Part shown: one piece after another, positions 10,126 to 19,125 of the stretch
Position numbering within the stretch: the stretch's first letter is position 1
How the letters are laid out: every line of letters begins with the position of its first letter
Assembly: GCA_037446635.1 (NCBI GenBank)
Contig: JBBIIG010000024.1
Location: 1 to 58,596 of the forward strand
Source of the DNA: a bacterium
GTDB taxonomy: Bacteria; Zhuqueibacterota; Zhuqueibacteria; Oceanimicrobiales; Oceanimicrobiaceae
Direction: 5' to 3'
Length of the DNA stretch: 58,596 nt
Made by a program: the position numbers and the translations under genes
Notes under the pieces: generated by a model
Told to the model about the DNA's origin: nothing
Databases searched by the model: none
Seen by the model: only the letters and a program-made list of their open reading frames with translations

Positions 10126-10836
10126 ATGCCGTCTGAGAGTTTGTTCCCCAAAACCATCGGCGTGTTAGGGGGAATGGGCCCGGCCGCGACCGCACTGTTT
10201 TTCCAGAAATTGCTGGAGCTAACTCCGGCCAAATCCGATCAAGATCACATTCCCATTATCATTTATAATCAACCTAAAATTCCCGATCGCACCCAAGCTA
10301 TTTTGGGGCGCGGTGAAAGTCCGCTGCCAGCCCTCAAAGCCGGCGTCGCGGTTTTGCAAAATGCCGGCGCCGATTTTATTTGCATTCCCTGCAATACCGC
10401 GCACTATTATTTTGAAGAACTGTCGCGCCACGCTGCGGTCCCTATCATCAATTTAATCGAAACGGTCGTCGAGCACTCTCTGACCATTCCGCGGCTGCGG
10501 CGCATCGGCCTGTTGGCCACCCGCGGGACCATTCAAGCCCGTGTGTATCACAAAGCTTTTTCGCCGCACAACATCGACGTCCTCACTCCGGAGGATTGGG
10601 AGTTGCACGATCTGCAAAGCATCATTGGCCGTTTGAAGGGAGGGGATAAAAATTTTTATGCCATCCAGAAAATGGCCGAGGCTTTGGCCGCCCGCAATAT
10701 TCAAGCGCTCGTTTTGGGTTGCACCGAGTTGAGCCTGATTGCCGCCCATCTGCACCTCGCCGTTCGCATCATCGACTCCACGGAAGTTTTCGCCCGCCGC
10801 GTCGTTAGCATCGCCCTGGGTAGGGGCGATTCATGA
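10126..10836 (+). CDS. Aspartate/glutamate racemase family protein
   Basis: GGMGPAAT, IPCNTAH, LGCTEL catalytic Cys motifs. Confidence 0.92.
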   Translation: MPSESLFPKTIGVLGGMGPAATALFFQKLLELTPAKSDQDHIPIIIYNQPKIPDRTQAILGRGESPLPALKAGVAVLQNAGADFICIPCNTAHYYFEELSRHAAVPIINLIETVVEHSLTIPRLRRIGLLATRGTIQARVYHKAFSPHNIDVLTPEDWELHDLQSIIGRLKGGDKNFYAIQKMAEALAARNIQALVLGCTELSLIAAHLHLAVRIIDSTEVFARRVVSIALGRGDS

Positions 10837-10847
10837 ATCGCCCCTAC
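10820..10847. repeat. GTAG-type REP palindrome
   Basis: Perfect 28-bp palindrome GTAGGGGCGATTCATGAATCGCCCCTAC between convergent genes; contains the racemase TGA. Confidence 0.75.
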
Positions 10848-10854
10848 GGATTTC

Positions 10855-11352
10855 CTAAAACAACCGACTTCTCAAAAACACGATGCGGTAGCCGTGCACC
10901 AGCATCGGCAGCGCGCCGAGGATGGTCGCCAAAAGAAAGGACGTCCAGCTAAGCAAACGGGCGCGCAGAATTTTGGCGGCCACCCAACCGAAATAGGGAA
11001 GATAGAGCACGGCGGCAGTGACAACGCCGGGACAATACCTCCGGTCAACCACAGTTGCCACGAGGTGAAAGATGCCGTTGGCGAACATCAGCAAACTCAG
11101 CCACGCCACTCCAATCCCCAGTGAAGACGGCGCCGGCAGCGCCCAGACAATTCCCACCACTAACAACGTGATGACGCCCGCCGTAACATTAACACTCATA
11201 AACAGCTCCGGCGTGATGCCGCGATCGACGTGGGCGTTGAACCACGCCACAAACCCCGGCGCTTCTTCGATGACGTGGGGGATGAAGATGGCTGGTGCGA
11301 GCAGAATGAGGCGCGCGGCAGATTTATAGCGCGCCTCGTCATACTCATGCAT
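10855..11352 (-). CDS. HXXEE domain membrane protein
   Basis: HVIEE motif, N..FH, YCPGVVTA, multiple TM segments. Confidence 0.85.
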   Translation of the reverse strand: MHEYDEARYKSAARLILLAPAIFIPHVIEEAPGFVAWFNAHVDRGITPELFMSVNVTAGVITLLVVGIVWALPAPSSLGIGVAWLSLLMFANGIFHLVATVVDRRYCPGVVTAAVLYLPYFGWVAAKILRARLLSWTSFLLATILGALPMLVHGYRIVFLRSRLF

Positions 11353-11367
11353 TTGAGTACAGCTTAA

Positions 11368-11526
11368 TTACTTTGATTTTTCTTTTTTGGATTTCTTTTT
11401 CAAATCCGCCCGATGGGCGCGTTCGTAGGTTTGAATGTCTTTGAAACGGCCCTTGGCGTCGCGGACGGCGTAGAGCTTTTTGCCCGATTTGCTGCGGTGG
11501 GTCGTGCGTCTCGTTTTAGCTGGCAT
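11368..11526 (-). CDS. Small basic protein, 52 aa (MPAKTRRTTHRSKSGKKLYAVRDAKGRFKDIQTYERAHRADLKKKSKKEKSK); not in the ORF track
   Basis: RBS AAAGGAG; promoter TTGCAA-N17-TATATT at 11600-11572. Confidence 0.8.
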   Translation of the reverse strand: MPAKTRRTTHRSKSGKKLYAVRDAKGRFKDIQTYERAHRADLKKKSKKEKSK

Positions 11527-11617
11527 GATGCGTCTCCTTTTAGAAGGGTGATTTTGAAATGAAATTGCTTGAATATAATCTTCTAAAGGAAATTTTGCAA
11601 CTATTGCCGATGCTTAA

Positions 11618-11728
11618 CTACGCCACCAACCCCGGCGCGTCCTCGATGACGTGAAGGATGAAAATGACCGGCGCGCCGAGGAACAGCTTGGCGGCGGGTT
11701 TGTAGGTGGGTTCGTAATTACCGGTCAT
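11618..11728 (-). pseudogene. Truncated paralog of the HXXEE gene N-terminus
   Basis: MTGNYEPTYKPAAKLFLGAPVIFILHVIEDAPGLVA* aligns with MHEYDEARYKSAARLILLAPAIFIPHVIEEAPGFVAW; TAG falls at the Trp codon. Confidence 0.75.
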
Positions 11729-11801
11729 CAAAAATTCAAACTTGCTTATAATAGTTTTCTTCTTTACTTTTGAACGAAATCAAAAATAGTGGAGCACGAA
11801 A

Positions 11802-12083
11802 ATGGAAAATGTGTTTACTCGGCCCGTAACGGATTTTCAAAACAATGTGAGTCAATATCTCAAAGAACTGAAAAAGAATAAAGAGCCGCTCATTTTAACT
11901 GAGAACGGCCAGAGCGCTGCGGTGCTGCTGTCCGCTGAAAAATTTCAAGAGATGCAAGACCAGATTGATTTCATGCGCAAAGTTGCTCAAGGACTTGAAG
12001 ACTACAAAAGCGACCGCGTTCATTCTGTTGATGAGACATTTGCAGAGATTGATAAGATCATCGAGACTGCCAAGAAACGATGA
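11802..12083 (+). CDS. Phd/YefM family antitoxin
   Basis: PLILTENGQSAAVLLS motif; promoter TTGCTT-N17-TACTTT at 11742-11770; ATGA overlap with the toxin. Confidence 0.9.
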   Translation: MENVFTRPVTDFQNNVSQYLKELKKNKEPLILTENGQSAAVLLSAEKFQEMQDQIDFMRKVAQGLEDYKSDRVHSVDETFAEIDKIIETAKKR

Positions 12084-12360
12084 AAGTCGTTATCTCTTCA
12101 CGAGCTAAAAAGGATTTAGCCGAATTTGTTGCTTTCATCGCGAATGACAAACCGCGAGCCGCAACTGGGCGGCGCGGATCCGCAAGTCGATTTCAAATCT
12201 TTCCAAATTCCACAAGTTAGGCCGTGTTGTTCCTGAATATGGTGACGACACCATCCGCGAAATTGTCAAAGGTAATTACCGAATCGTTTACAAAATCGAC
12301 GAATCAAAAAGCACGATCGTCGTTCTCACCATTCATCACGCGAAGAGACCGTTGGTTTAG
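12080..12360 (+). pseudogene. RelE/ParE family toxin, frameshifted near 12162
   Basis: Frame A MKVVISSRAKKDLAEFVAFIANDKPRAA; frame B NWAARIRKS...GRVVPEYGDDTIREIVKGNYRIVYKID...LTIHHAKRPLV*; total length 281 nt. Confidence 0.85.
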
Positions 12361-12365
12361 GCCCA

Positions 12366-13057
12366 TCATTTTTTGTCGCCGCTACCTGATATCCCAGTGC
12401 CAGATCCTGAATCTTGAGGAGGTTTTGATGGCTCGGTCGGTGGTGGAGGTGGCGGCGCAACATAGGATGGGGGAACATAGCTGTTACTGTAATCAACTTC
12501 CGGCAGATTTACCGAGTGAACAGGTTTTCCGTCTTTTGACATAGTTAATTTCCTTCCATCATTTTTTAGCAGGTTGAAAATTGAAAAAGAACATAGCAAC
12601 ACAATCGCAATTGTGAGTGAGCGTAATGACCAACTATTTAGTTTTATCGTGCATACGGCAAGTTCGTTCTTAGGTCTTTCAATGACTGGACGATAAGTCG
12701 TCGAAGTGTTTTTAGAAATCGATTTTAAATATTGATTATAATCGCTATCAAGTAATTCAATTTCCCTATTAACCGCTCGCTGACTGGTTGTGATTGCATA
12801 CAATTCCAGTACGATAGTCGTAATGAACATTACCCAAGACGAACCGAGAAGAAAAAGAGTCCATGGTATCGGATTCGGGGCAATTTCTTCAACAAAAGTT
12901 AGCGAGAAACCAATGCACCTCCAGCAAGAATAAGAGCCCATTTATCGTACAGACTGCTGATCGTTAATGAAGTGGTTTTTAGCGATTCGCGTTCCTTTAA
13001 AAAAGTTTCGTATCGTTGCTTTCGATACTCATATTCCATGTCAATGTTCGTACTCAT
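12366..13057 (-). pseudogene. Low-GC membrane protein with Pro-rich tail, frameshifted near 12912
   Basis: Frame from ATG 13057 (..YDKWALILAGGAL) joins GFSLTFVEEI.. if one G is added at GCATTGGTTTC. Confidence 0.65.
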
Positions 13058-13077
13058 GGATAACGTTCCCCATCACT

Positions 13078-15528
13078 TCAGCACTTACTCCACCCACAAT
13101 TATAACACACCACACACCCGGTCTCATGCGTCACCGAGGAGCCGCAGTCCGGGCAGGCGGTAATGGTTTTCGCGCCGTTTTCGGTGCTGGTCATTTTGGC
13201 TGGTTCGGCGGTTTTGGTTGCCGGTAGCGGTTGCGCCGGTTTGATTTTTCCTTTGCGGATCAAATAGCGCTCCAGCGCCTTGCCAATGGCGTCGGGAGTG
13301 GAGAGAATCTGCTCGCCGTTTTCCCATATTGGAGCGGGTCCGGAAATGCCTTTCAACTCGCTGATGATTTCGCGCGGATCGATATGCGAGCGCAGCGCCA
13401 ACGAAATCAACCGGCTGATGGCTTCGGTTTGCGCCGCCGCGTTGCCGCCGGCTTTGCCAATGTTAGAGAACACTTCGCACACCCCGCCTTCGTCCTCGTT
13501 GATGGTCACGTACAAATTGCCTTCTCCAGTGCGAATGCGCTCGGTGATGCCAGTGGTGATCTTTGGCCGCGTGCGCGGATGAAATCCATCCTTTGTTACC
13601 AACCCCCCCTTGAGGGCGGCGTCTGAAGGACGGGGAGTGTTTTCCGCCGCGTCCGTAACGAGGATCCCTTCGCGGCTACCCTCGCGATACACCGTGATGC
13701 CCTTGAGTCCGGCTTTGTACGCGGTGATGTAAATATCCGCCACCGTTTTCACATCGATATCATGCGGCAGATTCACAGTGGAAGAGACACTGCTGTCAAC
13801 GTACTTCTGAATCACGCCTTGCATCTTCACGCGGAAATAGGGATCGATGTCGTGCGCGGTGACCACGTACTCGGGCAGGTGCTCATCATCGCCAAAAAGT
13901 TTTTTGATCAGCGGATGATAAACTTTGTACTCGCGGAAGGTCTCGCCGTCGTCGTTCTTCACGCGACGAGTGTAACTGGTGCAGAAGATCGGCTCGATGC
14001 CGGAGCTGGTCTCGGCGACGATGGAGCCCGTGCCCACTGGCGGCACCGTCAACACGGTGCTGTTGCGAATGCCGTGCTTTTTGATTTCCTCGCGCAAATG
14101 TTGCGGCAGCGACTGCACGAATTTGCTTTTGCTGTAGCCGCTCCACTTGAAAAGCGGAAACGCGCCTTTCTCTTTTGCCAATTCGATGGAGGTTTCGTAG
14201 CAGGCGTCGCGAATGGTTTGCATAATTTTTTCGGTAACCTCCAGCGCCTTTTCGGAATCGTATTTTATTTTCATCAACACTAGCGCGTCGGCGAGCCCGG
14301 TGATGCCCACGCCCACGCGGCGGTCCGAGGCCACAGCTTTTTTGATTTTGTCAAGCGCGTGGAAATTCATATTGTAATCGATAACGTCGTCCATGAAACG
14401 CGTGGCGATGCGGCTGCAGGCGTCGAGTTCTTTGTAATTGAACGTGCCGTCGTCATTCACGAACTTCATCAAATTGAGATTGCCGAGGTTGCATGCGGTG
14501 AACGCCGCCAGCGGCTGCTCGCCGCAGGGATTAGTGCTCGACAGCGGATTCGCGTATTCGACATTGTGGTAATCGCGCATCGTATCCCAAAAAATAATGC
14601 CCGGCTCGGCAGAGGCGTGGGCGTTTTCGATGATCTTGTTCCAGAGGTCGCGGGCGCGCACAGTTTTATAAACGCGCACAGGCTGTTCGGCTTTTTGGCC
14701 GGGAACGCAGGGCCAGCGCAAATCGAAATTTTTGTCATTGAGCATCGCATCCATGAACTCGTGAGTGAGCAGCACGCTGATGTTGGCGTACTTTACTTTT
14801 TGCCGCCCCGAATCATTTTTGATGGTAATGAATTTTTCGATGTCCGGGTGGTCGACGCGGAGGGTGAGCATCAGCGCTCCGCGCCGGCCAGCCTGCGACA
14901 CCGTGTTGGTACTTTCGCTCAAGAGATTCATGAAGGCCGTGGCGCCGGGAGAGTGATCAACCGTCGCGTTGACTGGCGCGCCGGCGGGACGGAGAATCGA
15001 AAGGTCGGTGCCGACGCCACCGCCGGTGCGATAGACCATCGCCGATTCGGTCAAGCAGCGGTAGATGCCTTCGAGGCTATCCTCTTCGATGGGGATGACG
15101 TAGCAGTTGGAAAGCGTCGGCCGGCGACGGGCATCATCGCGGCCGGCGCCGTGCATGATGCGACCGCCAGGCAAAAATTTAAAATTGAAGAGAATAGTGA
15201 AAAATTTTTCAAACCAGTAGTCGGGCTCTTTTTCCACAGAGGAAATCGCGCGCGCCACGCGATACCAAAGGTGAAGTGGACCCGTTTCACCGGGCGCCAA
15301 GTATTTTGATTTGAGAACGTCGCCCGCGAGTTGGTTATCTTGATAATAAACGATCGAGTTTTTTGCTTTTAAAATTTCTCCCTCCGAAAAAACGCTGTTG
15401 AATTTTTTTTCGAGCAAAGCCAACAAGCGATTGTCATCGAGAGGAATGCCGGTCTCTCCATTGCCGTTGTTGCCGTTGAATTTCTCTTGGTTTAAGACGG
15501 CGACTTCAAATTGAGATGATTTTTGCAT
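13078..15528 (-). CDS. nrdJ: Adenosylcobalamin-dependent (class II) ribonucleotide reductase with C-terminal TSCPD-like and Zn-ribbon domains
   Basis: LSNCYV, GGGVG, RRGALM, TNPCGEQPL, CNLGNLNL, PVGTGS, C-terminal CPDCG..CVVCYNCGWSKC; RBS GAGGAGG. Confidence 0.93.
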   Translation of the reverse strand: MQKSSQFEVAVLNQEKFNGNNGNGETGIPLDDNRLLALLEKKFNSVFSEGEILKAKNSIVYYQDNQLAGDVLKSKYLAPGETGPLHLWYRVARAISSVEKEPDYWFEKFFTILFNFKFLPGGRIMHGAGRDDARRRPTLSNCYVIPIEEDSLEGIYRCLTESAMVYRTGGGVGTDLSILRPAGAPVNATVDHSPGATAFMNLLSESTNTVSQAGRRGALMLTLRVDHPDIEKFITIKNDSGRQKVKYANISVLLTHEFMDAMLNDKNFDLRWPCVPGQKAEQPVRVYKTVRARDLWNKIIENAHASAEPGIIFWDTMRDYHNVEYANPLSSTNPCGEQPLAAFTACNLGNLNLMKFVNDDGTFNYKELDACSRIATRFMDDVIDYNMNFHALDKIKKAVASDRRVGVGITGLADALVLMKIKYDSEKALEVTEKIMQTIRDACYETSIELAKEKGAFPLFKWSGYSKSKFVQSLPQHLREEIKKHGIRNSTVLTVPPVGTGSIVAETSSGIEPIFCTSYTRRVKNDDGETFREYKVYHPLIKKLFGDDEHLPEYVVTAHDIDPYFRVKMQGVIQKYVDSSVSSTVNLPHDIDVKTVADIYITAYKAGLKGITVYREGSREGILVTDAAENTPRPSDAALKGGLVTKDGFHPRTRPKITTGITERIRTGEGNLYVTINEDEGGVCEVFSNIGKAGGNAAAQTEAISRLISLALRSHIDPREIISELKGISGPAPIWENGEQILSTPDAIGKALERYLIRKGKIKPAQPLPATKTAEPAKMTSTENGAKTITACPDCGSSVTHETGCVVCYNCGWSKC

Positions 15529-15606
15529 AACGGCCTCCTCGGTTGCGCGATATTTTATTTTTGAGATTGCTCATTTTGATTTTTTTACCTGTTAAAAACG
15601 CAATTT

Positions 15607-15690
15607 AATATAACAATCAATTTTGCTGTTGTCAAGGGAAAAATACAAAATATAGTACTTTTTTGGTAGGAACTATACAATAAGTGGTGT
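15607..15690 (-). promoter_or_regulatory. nrdJ promoter with tandem NrdR boxes
   Basis: TTGACA (15635-15630)-N17-TATATT (15612-15607); boxes ATACAAAATATAGTAC (15643-15658) and ATACAATAAGTGGTGT (15675-15690), 32 bp apart, resembling acaCwAtATaTwGtgt. Confidence 0.8.
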
Positions 15691-15757
15691 GTTCTGGTGG
15701 TGCGGCTAATTTGATGCGGTTTGCAGACAGGGGGATTAAGCGAAATTTTGGTCAGGC

Positions 15758-15796
15758 AAAAAAAATGCTCTGGCGGAAACCACGGCCACCAGAGCA
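15758..15796 (-). terminator. Rho-independent terminator of the 27-aa microprotein gene
   Basis: TGCTCTGG...CCAGAGCA stem followed by T8 on the minus strand. Confidence 0.8.
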
Positions 15797-15821
15797 GTCT
15801 AGTTTATGAACTGCTGTTATA

Positions 15822-15905
15822 CTACTTCTTGGTTTTCTTGGCCGACTTCGTCGTCTTCTTGGCCTTCGTGGTTTTCTTCTTCGGTGCTGCTTTCTTGGTA
15901 GCCAT
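15822..15905 (-). CDS. 27-aa Lys-rich histone-H1-like microprotein MATKKAAPKKKTTKAKKTTKSAKKTKK; not in the ORF track
   Basis: RBS GGAGGT 5 nt upstream, own promoter and terminator, consistent AAG codon use. Confidence 0.8.
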   Translation of the reverse strand: MATKKAAPKKKTTKAKKTTKSAKKTKK

Positions 15906-15955
15906 TGCTGACCTCCATTTGTTAATTATGAAGTGGATTATAAATTTACAATTTG

Positions 15956-16039
15956 AATATAACATTTTCGATTGCAATTGTCAAGAAAAAAATACAAAAT
16001 ATAGTATTTTTTTATCGAATGCGATACAATACGTGGTGT
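15956..16039 (-). promoter_or_regulatory. Second copy of the promoter plus tandem NrdR boxes, upstream of the microprotein
   Basis: TTGACA (15984-15979)-N17-TATATT (15961-15956); boxes ATACAAAATATAGTAT (15992-16007) and ATACAATACGTGGTGT (16024-16039), 32 bp apart. Confidence 0.78.
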
Positions 16040-16082
16040 GCAAAAGTCGCCAGCTAGTTTGCACCGCTGTCCCAAAAATATC

Positions 16083-16111
16083 TTGACACACACTCAAATA
16101 TTAATTATATT
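16083..16111 (+). promoter_or_regulatory. Sigma70-type promoter of the rib operon
   Basis: TTGACA-N17-TATATT. Confidence 0.7.
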
Positions 16112-16163
16112 GAATCGAATTTTAGCAATTATAAAGCCAAAAGTAATTAATGGTTTAAGTCAA

Positions 16164-17270
16164 TTGAATTCGACCGACGAAGATTACCTGAAGCTTGCAC
16201 TTCGGCTGGCAAAGCAGGGGCGTGGAAAGGTCAGTCCGAATCCAATGGTCGGCGCTGTGATAGTAAAAGATAATTTGATTGTCGGTCAAGGGTATCATAA
16301 AATTTTTGGCAAAGAGCACGCGGAAGTGAACGCACTAAATGCGGCGGTGGATAATGTGGTGGGTGCAACGTTGTATGTTAATTTGGAGCCGTGCAGCCAT
16401 TTTGGAAAACAGCCCCCCTGTGTGGATCGAATTTTAGCGGCTGGCATCAAGCGGGTAGTGGTGGGGATGAGCGATCCCAATCCGCTGGTGAATGGCAAGG
16501 GCATTCAAAAGCTTCGCGAAAATGGAATCGAAGTTAAAGTCGGGGTGGTTGAAGATTTGTGCCGGCAACTCAACGAAGCCTATTTGAAACACATCACCAC
16601 GGGGCTGCCGTTCACCACGTTGAAAATCGCGCAAACTCTCGATGGTCGAATCGCCGCGAGCAATGGTCGATCGCAGTGGATAAGCGGCGAACGTTCTCGG
16701 CGGTTGGTTCACAAAATGAGAAGTCAGAACGACGCGGTGTTGGTCGGGGTTGGCACGGTGCTGGCCGACAATCCGCACTTGACGGTGCGACTGAGCCGCG
16801 GAGTGTCGCCGAAGCGGGTAGTGGTGGACAGCCGCTTACGAATCCCACTGCACTCGCATTTGTTGACGGACAAGCTGGCAGAGAAAACCATCATCGCGAC
16901 GACCGCCTGGGCATCAAAAAATAAAATCAAACGAATTGAACATCTCGGCGCGACGGTGTGGGTGCTGAAAGCCAATTCCGAAAAGCGCGTTCATTTGCCG
17001 GCGCTGTGGACAAGGCTGGGAAAAGAGGGCATCGCTTCCGTTTTAGTGGAGGGGGGAAGCCGCATCGCCACTGCGGTTCTGAAAAATAAACTTGCGGACA
17101 AAATTCAAATTTTCCTTGCTCCCAAAATTTTGGGCGACGGCTTGTGCGCCATCGATAATCTGGGAATAAACAGTTTGACGCAAGCCATTCTTCTGAATGA
17201 CCTCCAGACGCGAAAGTTAGACCGCGATGTCTTAATCACCGCGAGATTACCCTCATGTTCACCGGATTAA
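16164..17270 (+). CDS. ribD: Bifunctional riboflavin deaminase/reductase (TTG start approximate)
   Basis: PNPMVGAV, HAE, LEPCSH..PPC, TLDGRIA, VLVEGG. Confidence 0.95.
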   Translation: MNSTDEDYLKLALRLAKQGRGKVSPNPMVGAVIVKDNLIVGQGYHKIFGKEHAEVNALNAAVDNVVGATLYVNLEPCSHFGKQPPCVDRILAAGIKRVVVGMSDPNPLVNGKGIQKLRENGIEVKVGVVEDLCRQLNEAYLKHITTGLPFTTLKIAQTLDGRIAASNGRSQWISGERSRRLVHKMRSQNDAVLVGVGTVLADNPHLTVRLSRGVSPKRVVVDSRLRIPLHSHLLTDKLAEKTIIATTAWASKNKIKRIEHLGATVWVLKANSEKRVHLPALWTRLGKEGIASVLVEGGSRIATAVLKNKLADKIQIFLAPKILGDGLCAIDNLGINSLTQAILLNDLQTRKLDRDVLITARLPSCSPD

Positions 17271-17893
17271 TCGAAGAAATTGGAACGATCACCGCCGTCG
17301 AGAGCCGAGGCGGTGCGCGCCGTTTTACGGTTTCCGCCCGTTCGGTGCTGGATGATTTGTCGGTTGACGACAGCGTGGCGGTGAGCGGGGTGTGTCTCAC
17401 GGTCGTCTCGCAAAACGAGAACAGTTTTCAGGTAGAGGCCGTGGCGGAGACGCTGCGAAAGACGACTCTCGAGTCCTGGCAAAACGGACGCAAAGTAAAC
17501 CTCGAGCGATCGCTGCGGCTCGCCGATCGTGTGGGCGGGCATCTGGTGCAGGGGCACATTGATGGCGTTGCCGCGGTAACTGAAATTCGCTCCCAAACCG
17601 GCGGGCGGCTGATGTCGTTTGCGATTCCCGAGCATCTGACGAAATACGTGATCTCCGAGGGTTCCATTGCCATCGATGGTGTCAGCTTGACGGTGGCGCG
17701 GCTTCATCAAAACAACGTAACGGTTTCGCTCATCCCGCATACCTTGCAGAAAACCACGTTAGGCGAATTGCAGGTCGGGTCGCAAGTAAATGTTGAAGTT
17801 GATTTAATTGGAAAGTATATTGCGAAGTTGATGAAGTCGGCGGATTCCGAAAAAATCTCGGAAGCGTGGTTACAAAAAATGGGACTCGAATAA
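17255..17893 (+). CDS. ribE: Riboflavin synthase
   Basis: MFTGLIEE N-terminus, [14 protein letters not shown]. Confidence 0.96.
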   Translation: MFTGLIEEIGTITAVESRGGARRFTVSARSVLDDLSVDDSVAVSGVCLTVVSQNENSFQVEAVAETLRKTTLESWQNGRKVNLERSLRLADRVGGHLVQGHIDGVAAVTEIRSQTGGRLMSFAIPEHLTKYVISEGSIAIDGVSLTVARLHQNNVTVSLIPHTLQKTTLGELQVGSQVNVEVDLIGKYIAKLMKSADSEKISEAWLQKMGLE

Positions 17894-17895
17894 TT

Positions 17896-19125
17896 ATGTT
17901 TGATACCATCGAATCGGCGATTGAAGATTTTAAACAGGGTAAAATTCTAATCGTCGTCGATGATGAAGATCGCGAGAACGAAGGCGATTTCATCATGGCG
18001 GCGGAAAAAGTGACGCCGGAGAAAATCAACTTTCTCGCCAAACACGGCCGCGGCTTAATCTGTGTGCCCATGACTGGCCAGCGGCTGGACGAACTCGATC
18101 TCCATCCCATGGTCAGCGAAAACACCGAACGGCTGCGCACCCATTTCACCGTCTCCGTGGACGCGAAAAAAAATACCACCACTGGCATCTCCGCATTTGA
18201 TCGCAACGAGACCGTTCGCGCCCTCATCGATCCAGCGACGCAGCCGCGCGATCTGGCGCGGCCCGGGCACATCTTCCCGCTGCGTGCTCGTGAAGGCGGG
18301 GTGCTGGTGCGCGCCGGCCACACCGAAGCGGTTGTTGATTTGGCGCGGCTCGCCGGACTCTATCCCGCCGGCGTCCTCTGTGAAATCATGGACGAAGATG
18401 GCCGCATGGCGCGCGTGCCGCGGCTGCTGGAAATTGCCCGGCGATTCAATCTGAAAATCGTCACCATTAAAGACTTGATCGAGTACCGGCGGCGCACGGA
18501 AATTCTGGTGAAGCGAATCGTCACCACCAGTTTGCCAACGGACTACGGAAAATTCACTTTACATCTTTACAGCAGCGAATACGACGAGCAGCACCACGTG
18601 GCGATTGTCAAGGGAGATGTCTCCACCGGCGAACCAACCTTGGTGCGTGTGCATTCGCAATGCCTCACCGGCGATATTTTTGGCTCCCAGCGCTGCGACT
18701 GCGGCGAGCAACTGCGGCAGGCCCTGCGAACCATCGAAAAAGAAGGCCGCGGCGTGGTGCTGTACATGCGGCAGGAGGGGAGGGGAATCGGGCTTGAAAA
18801 CAAACTCAAGGCCTACGAGCTCCAGGACCGCGGCAAAGACACGGTGGAAGCCAACGAAGCGCTGGGCTTCAAAGCGGACTTGCGCCACTACGGCGTCGGC
18901 GCGCAGATTTTGTATGATCTCGGCATCCGCAAAATTCGATTGTTGACCAACAATCCCAAGAAAATTGTTGGCATCAGCGGTTATGGTCTCGAAGTGGTGG
19001 AGCGCGTGAAAATCGAAATTCCTCCCAACAAAGTGAACGCTAAGTATCTCGCCACCAAACGCGACAAATTAGGCCATTTGCTCAGTTTGGTCGATGAGCC
19101 CATTTCAATGAAGGAGAGCGAATGA
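17896..19125 (+). CDS. ribBA: Bifunctional DHBP synthase / GTP cyclohydrolase II
   Basis: [38 protein letters not shown]. Confidence 0.96.
   Translation: MFDTIESAIEDFKQGKILIVVDDEDRENEGDFIMAAEKVTPEKINFLAKHGRGLICVPMTGQRLDELDLHPMVSENTERLRTHFTVSVDAKKNTTTGISAFDRNETVRALIDPATQPRDLARPGHIFPLRAREGGVLVRAGHTEAVVDLARLAGLYPAGVLCEIMDEDGRMARVPRLLEIARRFNLKIVTIKDLIEYRRRTEILVKRIVTTSLPTDYGKFTLHLYSSEYDEQHHVAIVKGDVSTGEPTLVRVHSQCLTGDIFGSQRCDCGEQLRQALRTIEKEGRGVVLYMRQEGRGIGLENKLKAYELQDRGKDTVEANEALGFKADLRHYGVGAQILYDLGIRKIRLLTNNPKKIVGISGYGLEVVERVKIEIPPNKVNAKYLATKRDKLGHLLSLVDEPISMKESE

Noticed and set aside
11240..11728. HXXEE repeat pair as a DGR template/variable repeat
   Set aside because: Differences are not confined to adenines, and there is no reverse transcriptase in the window
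12224..12544. 106-aa plus-strand ORF
   Set aside because: Out-of-frame overlap of the toxin 3' half and antisense to the neighbouring gene
15721..16086. 121-aa plus-strand ORF with a hydrophobic stretch
   Set aside because: The F/L/V run is the reverse complement of the Lys-rich microprotein; it crosses promoters and lacks an RBS
15529..16163. Cobalamin riboswitch before nrdJ or FMN riboswitch before ribD
   Set aside because: Leaders are short and AT-rich with no conserved aptamer motifs visible
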